Shown here one piece after another: positions 40,043 through 50,444 of a stretch of DNA of 64,000 nucleotides (its first letter is position 1; each line of letters begins with the position of its first letter). The stretch lies in NCBI GenBank assembly GCA_965243135.1, contig OZ251539.1, positions 4,032,001 to 4,096,000 on the forward strand, given 5' to 3'. The stretch is from Alphaproteobacteria bacterium. Its GTDB lineage: Bacteria > Pseudomonadota > Alphaproteobacteria > MPNO01 > UBA830. Below the pieces are notes generated by a model. That model worked only from the letters and a program-made list of their open reading frames with translations, made no database searches and had not been told where the DNA came from. Position numbers and translations under genes: made by a program.

Positions 40043-41017
40043 TCAAGGCGAAAGGCGCGGCGCGAACTCGCGTTTCCAGTCTTCGGTCGCCCGCATCAAT
40101 GCGGCGCGGACGCCCGGATCCATCGCCGAATGCCCTCCGTCCGGCACGACGACCATCTCCGAAGCCGGCCATGCGCGGTGCAGTTCGTGCGCCGTCGTCA
40201 TCGGACAGATCATGTCGTAGCGGCCTTGAACGATCTTGCAGCGCAGATGAACTATCCTGTCCAGATTGTCCATAATCTGGTTGTCGCTCATGAAGTTTCC
40301 GTTGACGAAATAATGCGCCTCGATCCGGGCGAGCGCATAGGCCATCTCTTCCTCGCCGAACGCGGCCACCGTTTCCGGGCTCGGCAACAGGGTCGAGCAC
40401 GCGCCCTCGTAACGGCTCCATGCGCGAGCCGCCGGCATATGCGTCGCGGGATCCGGATCGAGCAACCGGCGATGATAGTTCCGCAGGATGTCGCATCGCT
40501 CGCCCTCGCCGAGGCCCGACGCGAAATCGTTCCACGCTTCGGGAAAAACCGTCCGCAAACCGTAGAGATACCAGTCGATCTCTTGCGGCCGTCCGAGAAA
40601 AACGCCGCGCAACACCATGCCGAGACAACGCTCCGGATGCGCTTCGGCGAAGGCGAGCGCCAGAGTGCTGCCCCAGGAGCCGCCGAAGAGAAGGAACCGT
40701 TCGATGCCGAGAAAGTCGCCGAGCGCGGCGATGTCGCCGACGAGGTCTTCGGTCGTGTTGCCCTCCAGCGCGCCGCGGGGCGTCGACCGGCCGGCGCCGC
40801 GCTGATCGAAGATCACGATCCGATAGGCGTCCGGATCGAAAAACCGGCGATGGGTGGCGGTCGCTCCCGCGCCCGGTCCGCCATGCAAAAACAGGACCGG
40901 CGCGCCGTCCGGGCGGCCCGATTGCTCCCAGTACATTTCGTGAGGCCGGTCGAGTTCCAGCATCCCGGACGCGTACGGCTCGATCGGCGGATACAGATGT
41001 TCGCGCCGCGGACTCAC
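40043..41017 (-). CDS. pip: Proline iminopeptidase
   Basis: LYPPIEPY, LHGGPGAG, FDQRGAGRSTP, FGGSWGSTLAL, VQGRYD, GHSA. Confidence 0.95.
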   Translation of the reverse strand: MSPRREHLYPPIEPYASGMLELDRPHEMYWEQSGRPDGAPVLFLHGGPGAGATATHRRFFDPDAYRIVIFDQRGAGRSTPRGALEGNTTEDLVGDIAALGDFLGIERFLLFGGSWGSTLALAFAEAHPERCLGMVLRGVFLGRPQEIDWYLYGLRTVFPEAWNDFASGLGEGERCDILRNYHRRLLDPDPATHMPAARAWSRYEGACSTLLPSPETVAAFGEEEMAYALARIEAHYFVNGNFMSDNQIMDNLDRIVHLRCKIVQGRYDMICPMTTAHELHRAWPASEMVVVPDGGHSAMDPGVRAALMRATEDWKREFAPRLSP

Positions 41018-41199
41018 GGCGACCCCTCGGACCGGCGCGGCGCCGCGCATTCGCGCTTTCGGTCGCGGCGACCGCCGCGCGGCGGACGGAGCGGCGCGCA
41101 GCGAGTCGGCGACTGGCGGAGAACGCCTGCGCCTTGCATACTTCCGGACGAACCTCCTGCCGCCGCGCCGGACGGCGGGAACGACGGAGCACTCGACGA

Positions 41200-42651
41200 A
41201 TGACGCGCGCCCTTCTCGCCGCAATCGTGTTTCTCCCGCTGCTCGGCGGATGCGCGACCGACCCCACCACGGGCGGCGCGATCTTCACGGGCGGGATGTC
41301 GCAACAGGAAGAAATCCGCGTCGGTCGCCTGCACCATCCTGCGATCCTGAAGAGGTACGGGGGCGAGTACGGCGCGCCCGAGCTCAATCGGTACGTCGAG
41401 AGCCTCGGCCAGTTTCTGGCCAGCACCGCCGAACGGCCCGATCTGAAGTTCAAGTTCACCGTGCTCAACTCGGAGGAGGTGAACGCCTTTGCGACTCCGG
41501 GCGGCTACGTCTACGTGACCCGCGGCCTCATGGCGCTGGCCGACGACGAGGCCCAACTCGCGGCCGTGCTGGCCCACGAAATCGGCCACATCGCCGCGCG
41601 GCATCATGCGCAGCGCCGCGGGCAAACGCTTGTCGCCAACATCGGCCTCGGCGCTCTGGGCGCTCTCGGAGGCGGGGCCGCGGCGGATCTGGGGCAATTC
41701 GCGGCGGTCGGCATCCTGCGAGGCTTTTCTCGAGAGCACGAGCGCGAAGCCGACAGCCTGAGCCTGCGCTACATGACGCGGGCGGGATTCGATCCGGGAG
41801 CGATGGCCGAGTTCCTGCGCAAGCTTCGGGCGAACGCGCGCTTGACCAAAACGCTCCGCGGCGAATCGCCGGATTCGGTCGACCGTTTCGATTACTTCGC
41901 CACACATCCGGCTCCGGCGGAACGCATGGAACGCGCGGCGGAGATGGCGCGCGCCGCCGCGGTGAGAGACCCGGTAACCGGGCGCGACGTGTATCTCTCG
42001 AAGATCTCCGGAATGCTCTACGGCGGAGATCCGGAACAGGGTTTCGTTCGAGGGCGCGATTTTCTGCACCCGAAATTGCGTTTCGCGTTCCGGGTGCCGC
42101 CGGGCTTCAGCGTGCTCAATTCCAGAACGGCCGTGGCCGCCTTCGGTCCGGACGGCGCGCGCCTCGTGTTCGATCGCGCGCCGAAACCGTCGGACGGCCC
42201 CATGACGTTCTATCTGCGCGAAGTGTGGGGCCGAAACCTGCGACTCGAAAACCTCGAAACGATCGAGGCGAACGGTCTGGAGGCGGCGACCGCGGCAGCG
42301 CGGCGGCGCGTCGAAGGAAAGGACTACGACCTGCGGCTCGTCGCCTATCGCGCCGCTCCCGGAACCATATACCGTTTTCTCTTCCTGATTCCGCCGGGCG
42401 CTCCGGGGTCGTTGTCCACGGAATTGCGCCGGACCACCTACAGCTTCCGCCTCCTGAGCGCCGCCGAGGCGGCGCGGCTCAGGCCGCACAGACTGCGCGT
42501 CGTCACGGTCGCGCCGGGCGAAACCGTCGAAAGCCTCGCGCGCAGCCTGCCCTATGCGGATCATCAGGTGGAACGGTTCGAGATACTGAACGGAGTCAGC
42601 CGCGCCGAACGCTTGCGGCCGGGCCGCAGGCTCAAGACGGTAAGCGAATAG
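41200..42651 (+). CDS. M48 family zinc metalloprotease lipoprotein with C-terminal LysM-like region
   Basis: Lipobox LLGGC; VNAFATPGG, AHEIGH, SREHEREAD, FATHP. Confidence 0.92.
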   Translation: MTRALLAAIVFLPLLGGCATDPTTGGAIFTGGMSQQEEIRVGRLHHPAILKRYGGEYGAPELNRYVESLGQFLASTAERPDLKFKFTVLNSEEVNAFATPGGYVYVTRGLMALADDEAQLAAVLAHEIGHIAARHHAQRRGQTLVANIGLGALGALGGGAAADLGQFAAVGILRGFSREHEREADSLSLRYMTRAGFDPGAMAEFLRKLRANARLTKTLRGESPDSVDRFDYFATHPAPAERMERAAEMARAAAVRDPVTGRDVYLSKISGMLYGGDPEQGFVRGRDFLHPKLRFAFRVPPGFSVLNSRTAVAAFGPDGARLVFDRAPKPSDGPMTFYLREVWGRNLRLENLETIEANGLEAATAAARRRVEGKDYDLRLVAYRAAPGTIYRFLFLIPPGAPGSLSTELRRTTYSFRLLSAAEAARLRPHRLRVVTVAPGETVESLARSLPYADHQVERFEILNGVSRAERLRPGRRLKTVSE

Positions 42652-42668
42652 AGGACGCCCTTCGCGCT

Positions 42669-43256
42669 TCAACTTGCGAGAACGAGCTCGATCTTCTCCG
42701 CCGCGGAAGGGTGATCCAGCTTTTCGACCAGCGCGAACTCGTTCACGAGGCGCTCCAGGGCGGCTTCGTACATCTGACGCTCGCTGTAGGATTGTTCGGG
42801 CTGGTCCGGCGCCCGGTAAAGATCGCGCACAACCTCGGCGACCTTGATCGGATCGCCGCTGTTGATCTTCGCGTCGTATTCCTGAGCCCGTCGGCTCCAC
42901 ATGGTTCGCTTGACGCGGGCGCGCCCCTTGAGCGTGGTCATCACCGATCGCATGGTCTCTCTGGAACTGATCTTGCGCAACCCGGAATCGACCACCTTTT
43001 CGACGGGCACCCGAAGGGTCATCTTTTCCGAGGCGAAGACGATCACGAACAGGTGGAGATCGAACCCGGCGACCTTCCGGCGCTCGATCCCCGTCACCTT
43101 TCCGACCCCGTGGGTGGGGTAGACGACATAGTCGCCCTTGGCGAACGGCAGCTTCTTCTTGCTGCGGACCAGCGTCTTTTCCGCGGTTCGCGCCTTCCTG
43201 GACCGCGCTTTCGCGCGAGCCGGCCGGGACGCCGGTCTGGTGGTGGGTGTAGCCAT
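42669..43256 (-). CDS. carD: CarD family transcription factor
   Basis: VVYPTHGVG, MWSRRAQEYDAKINSGD, QSYSERQMYE. Confidence 0.95.
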   Translation of the reverse strand: MATPTTRPASRPARAKARSRKARTAEKTLVRSKKKLPFAKGDYVVYPTHGVGKVTGIERRKVAGFDLHLFVIVFASEKMTLRVPVEKVVDSGLRKISSRETMRSVMTTLKGRARVKRTMWSRRAQEYDAKINSGDPIKVAEVVRDLYRAPDQPEQSYSERQMYEAALERLVNEFALVEKLDHPSAAEKIELVLAS

Positions 43257-43299
43257 CGCGTCCTCTTCCTTGCCGGAGCTCGCGCGGTCGCGCCGGCCG

Positions 43300-43638
43300 T
43301 CAGGCGCCCTGGCCCGGTTTCTCGCTGAAGTGTTCCGCGAACTTGTTGGGCACCTCGCGCCAATCGTCCGCGTCGGGCGGGGACTCGCCCTTGCGGGTGA
43401 TGTTGGGCCAGACTTCGGCGTACTTCCGGTTCAGTTCGACGAACTCCTCGGAGGTATCGTCCGTATCCGGATGAATCGCTTCGACCGGGCATTCCGGCTC
43501 GCAGACGCCGCAATCGATGCATTCGTCCGGATGGATCACAAGCATGTTTTCGCCCTCGTAGAAGCAATCCACCGGGCAGACCTCCACGCAGTCCATGAAT
43601 TTGCACTTGATGCACGACTCGTTGACGATGTACGTCAT
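43300..43638 (-). CDS. fdxA: FdxA-type ferredoxin
   Basis: [43 protein letters not shown]. Confidence 0.97.
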   Translation of the reverse strand: MTYIVNESCIKCKFMDCVEVCPVDCFYEGENMLVIHPDECIDCGVCEPECPVEAIHPDTDDTSEEFVELNRKYAEVWPNITRKGESPPDADDWREVPNKFAEHFSEKPGQGA

Positions 43639-44016
43639 TCCACTCTCCGTCTCGCACTGTCAGGCGTTGTTCCCGAACGCCGGCCGCCGACGACAGGCCG
43701 ACCTGCTTTCCGGCAAACTAGTCTTTTTTGCGCAAGTGACCAACAGTTTTGTGCATCGAGGCGTTCGAGCCTCGCCGCCTTGCGCCGACCCGCTTCCGTC
43801 CGGCGCCCCGCGGTTCGCTCCGCCCGGCTCTCCGACGGCCCGAAGCGAGGCTCGCCGCCGCGCTCTCCGGCCGCGACCGGATCCCGTCGCCCTGCGCTGC
43901 CGTTCGCCGCGCCGGCGGCTTCCGGGCGGACGGCGGTTCCGGACCGGAAGATCCCGAGTCTTCCGCGCCGGGCGGGAAGAATATCCCGGGAAACCGTCCG
44001 CGCTTCGGAGCGCCGC

Positions 44017-44493
44017 TCAAGATCCCGCATTCTCGCGGTCGATGCGCGCCCGCACTCGCGACCTCGCGATTCCGCTGTCCCTGTCGTCGACGTAGATGAG
44101 GCCGGCGATCCGCCGCATGAGCTGCGCCTCGTGCGCCTCGACCACGCTGTCCGCGTAGACGACCTCCCACAGCATTTCCACGAGGTGCGTGCGCTCCTCG
44201 TAGGAAAAACCGTCCTTGATGGTTCGCGTGAAGCGCAGAAGCTGCACGGCCTCGCCGGCTTCGCGCTCGGCCGCCTCGATCAGCGCATGCGCTTCTTCGG
44301 CGGCGAGTTCGAAACGGTGCTCGCACAGCCACTCGATGCGGTCGCGCTCCGCGCGGTCGAATTCCCCGTCGACGGACGCGGCGTAGACCAGCAGCACGGC
44401 GGCGGCCAGGTGGAATTCGTCCGGCGTATGGCCTTCGTGACCCGCGGCGGCGGGCCGCTTATCCTCGAAGAATGACAGGAACCTGTCGAACAT
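44017..44493 (-). CDS. TerB family protein
   Basis: AAAVLLV..DGEFD..ER, LVEMLWEVVYAD..E..LMRRIAGL. Confidence 0.88.
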   Translation of the reverse strand: MFDRFLSFFEDKRPAAAGHEGHTPDEFHLAAAVLLVYAASVDGEFDRAERDRIEWLCEHRFELAAEEAHALIEAAEREAGEAVQLLRFTRTIKDGFSYEERTHLVEMLWEVVYADSVVEAHEAQLMRRIAGLIYVDDRDSGIARSRVRARIDRENAGS

Positions 44494-44539
44494 GGCGTGC
44501 TCCGCGCCTCCCGTCGGGGCGCCCGCGAGCGGAAGGCGT

Positions 44540-45187
44540 ATGAGCAAAATACCTGAAAACGCGCTTCATTTCCCGGCGACGCGCAGGAACCGGGATCCCA
44601 TCTCCGCGATTCTCGCCGACGTCCTGCCGGCGTCGGGCCTGGTGCTCGAGATCGCCAGCGGTTCCGGAGAGCACGCCGTTCATTTTTCTCGGCGGTTCCC
44701 GGCGCTGACCTGGCAACCCAGCGATCCGGACCCGGACAACCTCGCCAGCATCCGGGCGTGGGCGGAAGCGCAGCGGCCCGCGAACCTGTTGCCGCCGCTT
44801 CCGATAGACGCGTCGGACGAACGGCTGCCCCTGGACGGCGCGGACGCCGTGGTCTGCATCAACATGATCCATATCGCCCCGTGGGACGCCACCGCAGGCC
44901 TGATGCGAAACGCGGCCAGGCTGCTTCCGGCGCAGGGCCCGCTTTACCTGTACGGCCCCTTCATGCTCGACGGCGCGCACACCGCGCCGTCGAACGAAGC
45001 GTTCGACCGGCAACTTCGCCGGCAGGACAGCGCCTGGGGCGTCCGCGACCTCCGGGAGGTGACGGCCGAGGCGCAGCGTAACGGACTGCATCCGGCCGGC
45101 GTTTTCGAGATGCCCGCGAACAACCTCTCCGTGGTGTTCCGCAAGGCCGGCGGCCGGCTTCACGAGGCGCCGTCCACGCTTAAATAA
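44540..45187 (+). CDS. DUF938 SAM-dependent methyltransferase
   Basis: RNRDPI, VLEIASGSGEH, WQPSD, INMIHIAPW, YGPF, MPANNL. Confidence 0.92.
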   Translation: MSKIPENALHFPATRRNRDPISAILADVLPASGLVLEIASGSGEHAVHFSRRFPALTWQPSDPDPDNLASIRAWAEAQRPANLLPPLPIDASDERLPLDGADAVVCINMIHIAPWDATAGLMRNAARLLPAQGPLYLYGPFMLDGAHTAPSNEAFDRQLRRQDSAWGVRDLREVTAEAQRNGLHPAGVFEMPANNLSVVFRKAGGRLHEAPSTLK

Positions 45188-45444
45188 AGGGAGCGCGCCT
45201 CGACGGAGGGTCCGCGCCGCGTCCCGAGCGATTCCACTCGAACGACCTGCACGGTCCCGGCCGCAGGGATCGTCAGAACGTCGCCGACGCGCACCGGATA
45301 GTGGGCTTTCCGAACGATTCGTCCGCCGACCCTGATCTTGCCGGCGTCGCATGTCCTGCTCGCGAGGCTGCGGCTCTTGAAGAAGCGGGCGCGCCAGAGC
45401 CATTTGTCGAGTCGAAGGGTCGGGTTTTCGACGGGCGGGTTCAC
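45160..45444 (-). CDS. S4 RNA-binding protein (Hsp15/HslR-like)
   Basis: RLDKWLWRARFFKSRSLA, VGDVLT, RRGP..EARSLY; GTG overlaps helicase stop. Confidence 0.9.
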   Translation of the reverse strand: MNPPVENPTLRLDKWLWRARFFKSRSLASRTCDAGKIRVGGRIVRKAHYPVRVGDVLTIPAAGTVQVVRVESLGTRRGPSVEARSLYLSVDGAS

Positions 45445-47864
45445 GAAAGCCGGAGTTCCCGAAGCTTCGCGAAGGGCGAATCCGAAGAAGGCTGCCGGTC
45501 GCGCCGCCCGCCCGGCCGGCGAACGGCGGCCGGGCGGTCCGCCCGCTTCCACGCCATTCCGTTTTCCGTGTCGCGGGAAGCGTAGCCGAGCGCTTCGAAC
45601 ACGGGCCGCGCCGCGTCCATGGACAGTCCGAGGAGATTGAGTTGCGCCGCGCCGATATCGAGCTTGCCCTCGCGCGACTGCCGCTGCAGATCGACCGCGA
45701 CCCGATCGAGAACGTCGATCCGAACCGCCCGTTCGCCGATTACCCTGTAGCCGCAGGCTTCGAGGAAGCCGGCGGGCGGGTCCGCCGGCACGGTGACGAG
45801 GCCGGCGGCGGGCGGCTCCCGAGGCGTCAGCGCCGCATCGACGGACCAGAGCAGCGCGCGCCACGCGACCGCCGCGGGCTTGACCAGCGACGGGACGAAA
45901 ACGGTCTCCGCGCCGAACCGGACGCCGCAGGAACGCAGCGCGGCGCGATCCTCCCGGGAAAGTTCCCGGACTTCGCGCGCGACGGATCGCCTCGGGACCG
46001 ACCCCAGGCCCTCGACGATGCGGTAGGCGATCCCGCGCGCGAGGCCGCGGAGTTCGGCGGCGCGGAGCGCCTCGAGAGGCGCCAGCGCTTCGGAAACGCG
46101 CGCGCCTGTCCAATCGGACAGGCGGCGGCGCACCGTCTCCTGCAAGGCCGCGCTCAGGTATTCCCCCGGCAGGAGCCTTATCGTCGGCGACAGAATGTCC
46201 GCCCCTTTCGTCAGCCGCGCGACGGCCGCGCCCGACCAGGAAAGGACGCCGTTCGCGGAGACCGCGAAGTCCGAATCCGGAGCCGCCGCGAGAGCGGCCG
46301 CGCGGGCCTCGATCTCGCGGCGCAGCGCGCCCGTCGGCGCGCCCGTCCCCGAGTCGTCGGCGACGAACCGGAATCCTTCGACGCGTCCGACGCGCTCGCC
46401 GCCCACGGCGACCTCGCCGTCTCCGCCCACCGTCGCTTCTCGCCGCGCGGCGGCGCGGCGGTCGACGAAGCGGCGGGTCAGACTGTCGTGGAGCGCGTCG
46501 GACAGTTTGTCCTCGAGGTCCCGCGTCCTGGCCTGCCAGGTCTCGGCGTCCGCAATCCATTCGGAACGGTACGAGATGTAGGTCCATGTCCGGACGTGGG
46601 CGATCCGGGCCATCAGCGTGTCGATGTCGCCGTCCGTTCTGTCGAGCGGAGCGATCTGCGCCGCCACCCAGTCGGCGGGAAGGCGGCCGCCGTCGCCGAG
46701 GTGGCGGAATATGCGGCCGAGCAAGACTGCATGAACGTCAGGCGTCGTCTTTCGGAAATCCGGAATCCGGCACACGTCCCACAGCAGCCGCACCGTATCG
46801 GGCGAAGAGGCGCGTCGGGCGAGCTCGGGATCGCGCGCCAGATGCGCCAGCGCGATCTGGTCGTCCGCCTCGCGGCCGCGCTCCAGTCCGGGCGCGGACG
46901 GCGGACGTTCCAGCGACCTGCGGAGCGCCGCCACGGAGCCGAAATCGAGATCGGCGTTGCGCCAGGAAACGCCGGCGATCGGATCGAACCGGTGCTCCTC
47001 CACCGCCGCCACGAGTTCGTCCTCGAAGGAGCCGATCTCCGCGATCGGTCCGAACGTGCCGTCGGAGAGGTGCCGGCCGGCCCGGCCGGCGATTTGCGCG
47101 ATCTCCGCCATCGCGAGGCGGCGGTAGGCGCGGCCGTCGAACTTGCGGATCCCGGCGAAGGCGACGTGATCGATCCTCATGTTGAGGCCCATGCCGATCG
47201 CGTCGGTCGCGACCAGAAAATCCACGTCGCCGTTCTGGTACAATTCCACCTGCGCGTTGCGCGTCCGGGGGCTCAGCGCGCCCAGCACGACCGCGGCGCC
47301 GCCGCGCCGGCGCATCAGTTCGGCGATGGCGTAAATCTCGTTGACGGAGAACGCGACGACGGCGCTGCGCCGCGGCAGCCGCGTGATCTTGCGCGGGCCG
47401 GCGTAGCTCAGCCTGGAAAGCCGCGGACGGCTCACGTGTTCGACGCCGGGCGCCAGCGACCGGATCAGCGGCCCCATGCTCGCGGCGCCGAGGAACATGG
47501 TTTCGCGGCGTCCGCGGGCGCGCAGCAGGCGATCCGTGAATACGTGGCCGCGCTCGGGGTCGGCGCACATCTGGATCTCGTCGACCGCGAGGAAATCCAC
47601 CTCCCGGCCGACGGGCATGGCCTCGACGGTGCAAAGGAAATAGTTCGCGCGGGGCGGAACGATCTTCTCTTCGCCGGTGACGAGCGCGGTCCGCGCCCTT
47701 CCCCGGAGAGCGACGACCCGGTCGTAGTTCTCGCGCGCAAGCAGGCGCAGCGGAAAACCGATCATGCCGGAATCGTAATCGAGCATCCGGTCAATCGCGT
47801 GATGCGTCTTGCCGGTGTTCGTGGGGCCGAGAACAGCCGTCAGGCGGGGCAGCCGGGCGGACAT
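45441..47864 (-). CDS. SUV3/MgpS-like SF2 helicase
   Basis: LGPTNTGKT, VDEIQ, VATDAIGMGLN, QIAGRAGR. Confidence 0.93.
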   Translation of the reverse strand: MSARLPRLTAVLGPTNTGKTHHAIDRMLDYDSGMIGFPLRLLARENYDRVVALRGRARTALVTGEEKIVPPRANYFLCTVEAMPVGREVDFLAVDEIQMCADPERGHVFTDRLLRARGRRETMFLGAASMGPLIRSLAPGVEHVSRPRLSRLSYAGPRKITRLPRRSAVVAFSVNEIYAIAELMRRRGGAAVVLGALSPRTRNAQVELYQNGDVDFLVATDAIGMGLNMRIDHVAFAGIRKFDGRAYRRLAMAEIAQIAGRAGRHLSDGTFGPIAEIGSFEDELVAAVEEHRFDPIAGVSWRNADLDFGSVAALRRSLERPPSAPGLERGREADDQIALAHLARDPELARRASSPDTVRLLWDVCRIPDFRKTTPDVHAVLLGRIFRHLGDGGRLPADWVAAQIAPLDRTDGDIDTLMARIAHVRTWTYISYRSEWIADAETWQARTRDLEDKLSDALHDSLTRRFVDRRAAARREATVGGDGEVAVGGERVGRVEGFRFVADDSGTGAPTGALRREIEARAAALAAAPDSDFAVSANGVLSWSGAAVARLTKGADILSPTIRLLPGEYLSAALQETVRRRLSDWTGARVSEALAPLEALRAAELRGLARGIAYRIVEGLGSVPRRSVAREVRELSREDRAALRSCGVRFGAETVFVPSLVKPAAVAWRALLWSVDAALTPREPPAAGLVTVPADPPAGFLEACGYRVIGERAVRIDVLDRVAVDLQRQSREGKLDIGAAQLNLLGLSMDAARPVFEALGYASRDTENGMAWKRADRPAAVRRPGGRRDRQPSSDSPFAKLRELRLS

Positions 47865-48248
47865 GCCGATAGAATGGCCGCCGCGGCGGCGGCTGGCAAG
47901 CGACCTTTGCGCCGTTCGCGGCGCTTACGGAAAGTTTTTTTGAGCGTCCCGAATTCCCTCGTCCCGATTCGGGCGGGACAACTTTTCCGGTCCGGAAACG
48001 CCGTTCCCGCTCCGAGCCGCCTGTCCGACGCCTCCCCTGCGGCGAACGGGCGCGCGGAGCGAAACCTGCCGCCGACCGCGACGCAGGCGACCCTCTCTCG
48101 CGAGGGCGGTGCGGACTGGCCGGCGAGCCGCAGTCGGGACAGCTGGAGGCATTCGCTGCGGGAAGGGCGTTCTCGTTCGGCCAACCTTCGCGCCCGGAGC
48201 GCCGCCCAATCCCTCGTCGTTTCAGGAGAACCCGCCGATCGACAGCCT

Positions 48249-49424
48249 CTACGCCGCATCGAACGCCGAAAGCGATCCCAGCGCATTCAGGACCAGATTG
48301 GCCGCGGTTTCGATGTCTTCGTCCGTAGTGAAGCGGCCGAAGCTGAACCGAATGGAAGAATCGCATTGCAACGCCGCGAGGCCCAAGGCCCGGAGCACGT
48401 GCGACGGTTCGGGAATTCCGGTGGCGCAGGCCGCGCCGGTGGCCGCCGCGAGCCGAGGCTGAAGCGCGCCAAGAATGTCCCGGGCGTCGAAACCGTCGAA
48501 CCTGACGTTGGCGTTGCCTGGATGTCGGCTTTCGCCGCTCGCGCCGTTGAGGACGGCGGAGGGATGTCCGTTCCGCAGGCGCGCCACGAACGAATCCCTC
48601 CGCCGTTCCGTACGGGATCGTTCCTTCGACGCCTCCGGACTTCGCGCGAGGTCGGCCGCCGCCGCCATACCGACGCACAAAGGAACCGGAAGCGTTCCGG
48701 AGCGCAATCCCTCCTGTTGCCCGCCTCCGTAGATCAACGGCTCCACGCGATCATGCAAATCGCGCCGAATGCGCAAAGCGCCGATGCCCTGCGGGCCGTA
48801 CATTTTGTGTCCCGAGAGACTCACGAGGTCGGCGTGACCGGCGAGGCCGCTTACGTCCACCGCGGACGGCGCCTGCGCGGCATCGCAATGAAGAGGAATG
48901 CCGCGCTGCGCGAGCAGAGCGGATATCCTCGGCACGTCCTGTATCGTCCCTACTTCGTTGTTGACCGCCATTACGGAAACCACCAGCACGTCGTCATCGA
49001 GCATCCGCTCCAGGCAGCCGAGATCCAAAAACCCTTCGCGGTCCACCGGTATCGTTTCGAACGAAAATCCCTCGCGCTCCGAAAGCGAACGGGCGGCCGC
49101 AAGCACGCATTTGTGCTCGATCGCCGATGCCAGGATGCGCTTGCGTCCCGCGGGCGCCCGCCGCGCTAGGCCAAGCAGCGCCAGGTTGTTGGATTCCGTG
49201 GCCCCGGACGTGAAGACGATCTCGTCGGCGTCGGCGCCGATCAACGCCGCGACCGCTTCCGCCGCTTCCCGCACCGCCTTGTCCGCTTGCCAGCCGACCG
49301 CGTGATCGATCGAATGCGGGTTGCCGAACGATTCGCTCCAATACGGCACCATCCTGTCCGCGACGCGCGGGTCGAGAGGCGTGGTTGCCTGATAATCGGC
49401 GTATATCGTTACGTTTTCGGCCAC
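48249..49424 (-). CDS. Cysteine desulfurase (SspA/DndA/IscS-like)
   Basis: YADYQATTP, GNPHS, FTSGATESNN, VNNEVG, SGHKMYGP, GAAC..PSHVL; divergent from the DUF4007 gene; start approximate. Confidence 0.92.
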   Translation of the reverse strand: MAENVTIYADYQATTPLDPRVADRMVPYWSESFGNPHSIDHAVGWQADKAVREAAEAVAALIGADADEIVFTSGATESNNLALLGLARRAPAGRKRILASAIEHKCVLAAARSLSEREGFSFETIPVDREGFLDLGCLERMLDDDVLVVSVMAVNNEVGTIQDVPRISALLAQRGIPLHCDAAQAPSAVDVSGLAGHADLVSLSGHKMYGPQGIGALRIRRDLHDRVEPLIYGGGQQEGLRSGTLPVPLCVGMAAAADLARSPEASKERSRTERRRDSFVARLRNGHPSAVLNGASGESRHPGNANVRFDGFDARDILGALQPRLAAATGAACATGIPEPSHVLRALGLAALQCDSSIRFSFGRFTTDEDIETAANLVLNALGSLSAFDAA

Positions 49425-49520
49425 GGCAGGGGCGCATTCCGATTGCCGACGGGGTTTTTGACGATACCCTGCCCATGGGCTATTGTCGAACTGGAGGGAT
49501 CGTCCAGAGCGGGGATGTAG

Positions 49521-50444
49521 ATGCTGAGGGGGCCACTCCATGCCGACGGCTACCGTCCGCAACTTTCCGGCCACGAAACGTTCCCTCTGCGGTACGGATG
49601 GCTCAAGAAGGCGGTCGATGCGGCCTCGGCGGATTCGCGCGACAACCGCGACAAGTCGATTTTCCTTTCGGACGACGCGATCGCCCGCCTGGGCGTCGGC
49701 AAGAACATGGTCGCGTCAATGCGCCATTGGGCGACGGCGGCGGGCATGATCGAAGAAAGACGCGGCAAGATCGCGACCACGCCCCTCGGAAAGCGGATAT
49801 TCGGTCCCCGCGGGCTGGATCCGTACATGGAGAATCCCGCCACGTGCTGGCTCGTTCACTGGCGGCTTTGCAGCAACGACCGCAAAACGACCTGGTTCTG
49901 GGCGTTCAATCACTATCCTGCGGCATCGTTCGAGCGAGACGCTCTGGTCCAGGGAATAGAAAAACTCTCCAGAGACCGAGGCTGGCGCAGGACGGCGATT
50001 TCCACCATCAGAAGCGACGTCGCCTGCTTCGTGCGGACCTACGCGTCCTTGCCGTCTTCCAGGAAGGACAGCTACGAAGAGACTCTGGAGTCGCCGCTGG
50101 CCGAGCTCGGGCTCGTTCGGCCGATCGGAAAACGGGACGGATTTCGGTTCGTGCGCGGACGGAAACCGTCTCTTGGAAGCGGAGTCTTTTGCTTCGCACT
50201 CACCGAATCCTGGCCCTCGGAGTCGCAGACCCTTGCCTTCGAAACGCTGGCTCACGAGCCCGGCTTCCCCGGGCGGGTGTTCCAACTTGACGAGAACGAC
50301 CTGGCTGACCGGCTTTCCGATATCGAGGAAACGAGCGGCGGCCGCTACGCTTGGTCGGAAACGGCCGGCCTGAAGCAGGTGCTTCGCAAGCGTCCGGTGA
50401 GCGAAGCGGAAGCGCTTCTCTTCCTCGAAGCGGACTATACGTAA
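49521..50444 (+). CDS. sspB: DUF4007 family protein (SspB-like)
   Basis: SGHETFPLRYGWLKK, LGVGKNMVASMRHW, DPYME..T.WLVHW, SPLAELGL. Confidence 0.85.
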   Translation: MLRGPLHADGYRPQLSGHETFPLRYGWLKKAVDAASADSRDNRDKSIFLSDDAIARLGVGKNMVASMRHWATAAGMIEERRGKIATTPLGKRIFGPRGLDPYMENPATCWLVHWRLCSNDRKTTWFWAFNHYPAASFERDALVQGIEKLSRDRGWRRTAISTIRSDVACFVRTYASLPSSRKDSYEETLESPLAELGLVRPIGKRDGFRFVRGRKPSLGSGVFCFALTESWPSESQTLAFETLAHEPGFPGRVFQLDENDLADRLSDIEETSGGRYAWSETAGLKQVLRKRPVSEAEALLFLEADYT